From positions 1 through 5,523 of the IMG/VR virus record IMGVR_UViG_3300045988_094648: a DNA stretch of 5,523 nucleotides; one strand, 5' to 3'. A program made the position numbers and the translations under genes. The DNA is from a virus. The notes below the pieces were generated by a model. It was not told the DNA's origin. It ran no database searches and was given only the letters and a program-made list of their open reading frames with translations. Shown piece after piece: positions 5,329 through 5,523 of the stretch; positions within the stretch are counted from its first letter, which is position 1; each line of letters begins with the position of its first letter.

Positions 5329-5523
5329 TCACTTAAAAATTTGTGTAACAAGACCGAGCGGGCTGGCATCAACAAGACCTTTTGCATTGCCAAGGATACG
5401 AGCTAGACGCTCATAAGGACCCTGCGGGGTAACGCCAGAGTAGCGATTCTGAATTTGATACTGTTTCAAGTCTATCTGGGCACGCACACGATTTACATAC
5501 TTTAGCGCATTATCTTCGGTCTG
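5329..5523 (-). CDS. VP2: VP2 C-terminal portion. Bases 5469..5523 duplicate 1..55. The TGA stop is at 5331..5329. The full protein is about 347 aa on the 5,468-nt circle.
   Basis: The frame runs continuously from the 1..904 segment through the junction. Manual translation gives ...LKQYQIQNRYSGVTPQGPYERLARILGNAKGLVDASPLGLVTQIFK*. Confidence 0.75.
   Translation of the reverse strand, partial: QTEDNALKYVNRVRAQIDLKQYQIQNRYSGVTPQGPYERLARILGNAKGLVDASPLGLVTQIFK
5469..5523. repeat. 55-nt terminal redundancy identical to 1..55. This is the circular-genome closure (assembly/windowing overlap), not a biological repeat.
   Basis: Exact identity checked base by base. The implied unit length is 5,468 nt. 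Confidence 0.9.

Overview
The window is one complete circular ssDNA phage genome of the Microviridae/Gokushovirinae type. Unit length is 5,468 nt; window bases 5469..5523 are an exact copy of 1..55, so the window over-runs the circle junction by 55 nt. All genes I can support lie on the minus strand, so the window shows the complement of the coding strand. The '+' ORFs in the track are antisense artefacts. Gene order on the coding strand is: sigma70-like promoter (5221..5193), a 54-aa ribbon-helix-helix (RHH)-like protein, a 31-aa single-TM peptide, a 37-aa highly basic VP8/J-like DNA-binding protein, VP4 replication initiator (HUH), a 66-aa hypothetical, a 92-aa VP5-like protein, VP3 scaffold, VP1 major capsid, and VP2 (347 aa, spans the junction: 904..1 then 5468..5329). 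The supplied ORF track misses VP2 because it crosses the window edge, and it misses three small genes (54, 31 and 37 aa) that fall below its size cut-off. The most interesting content is the promoter-proximal mini-operon. Its two tiny genes, a putative RHH-like regulator and a hydrophobic membrane peptide, are translationally coupled by an ATGA overlap. They sit in a region that is intergenic in most gokushoviruses. An inverted repeat spans the -35/-10 boxes of their promoter. This could be a lysis, toxin or regulatory module, but that is a hypothesis from sequence only. A structured VP3–VP1 intergenic region carries a perfect 12-bp-stem hairpin and is a candidate origin or mRNA-processing element.
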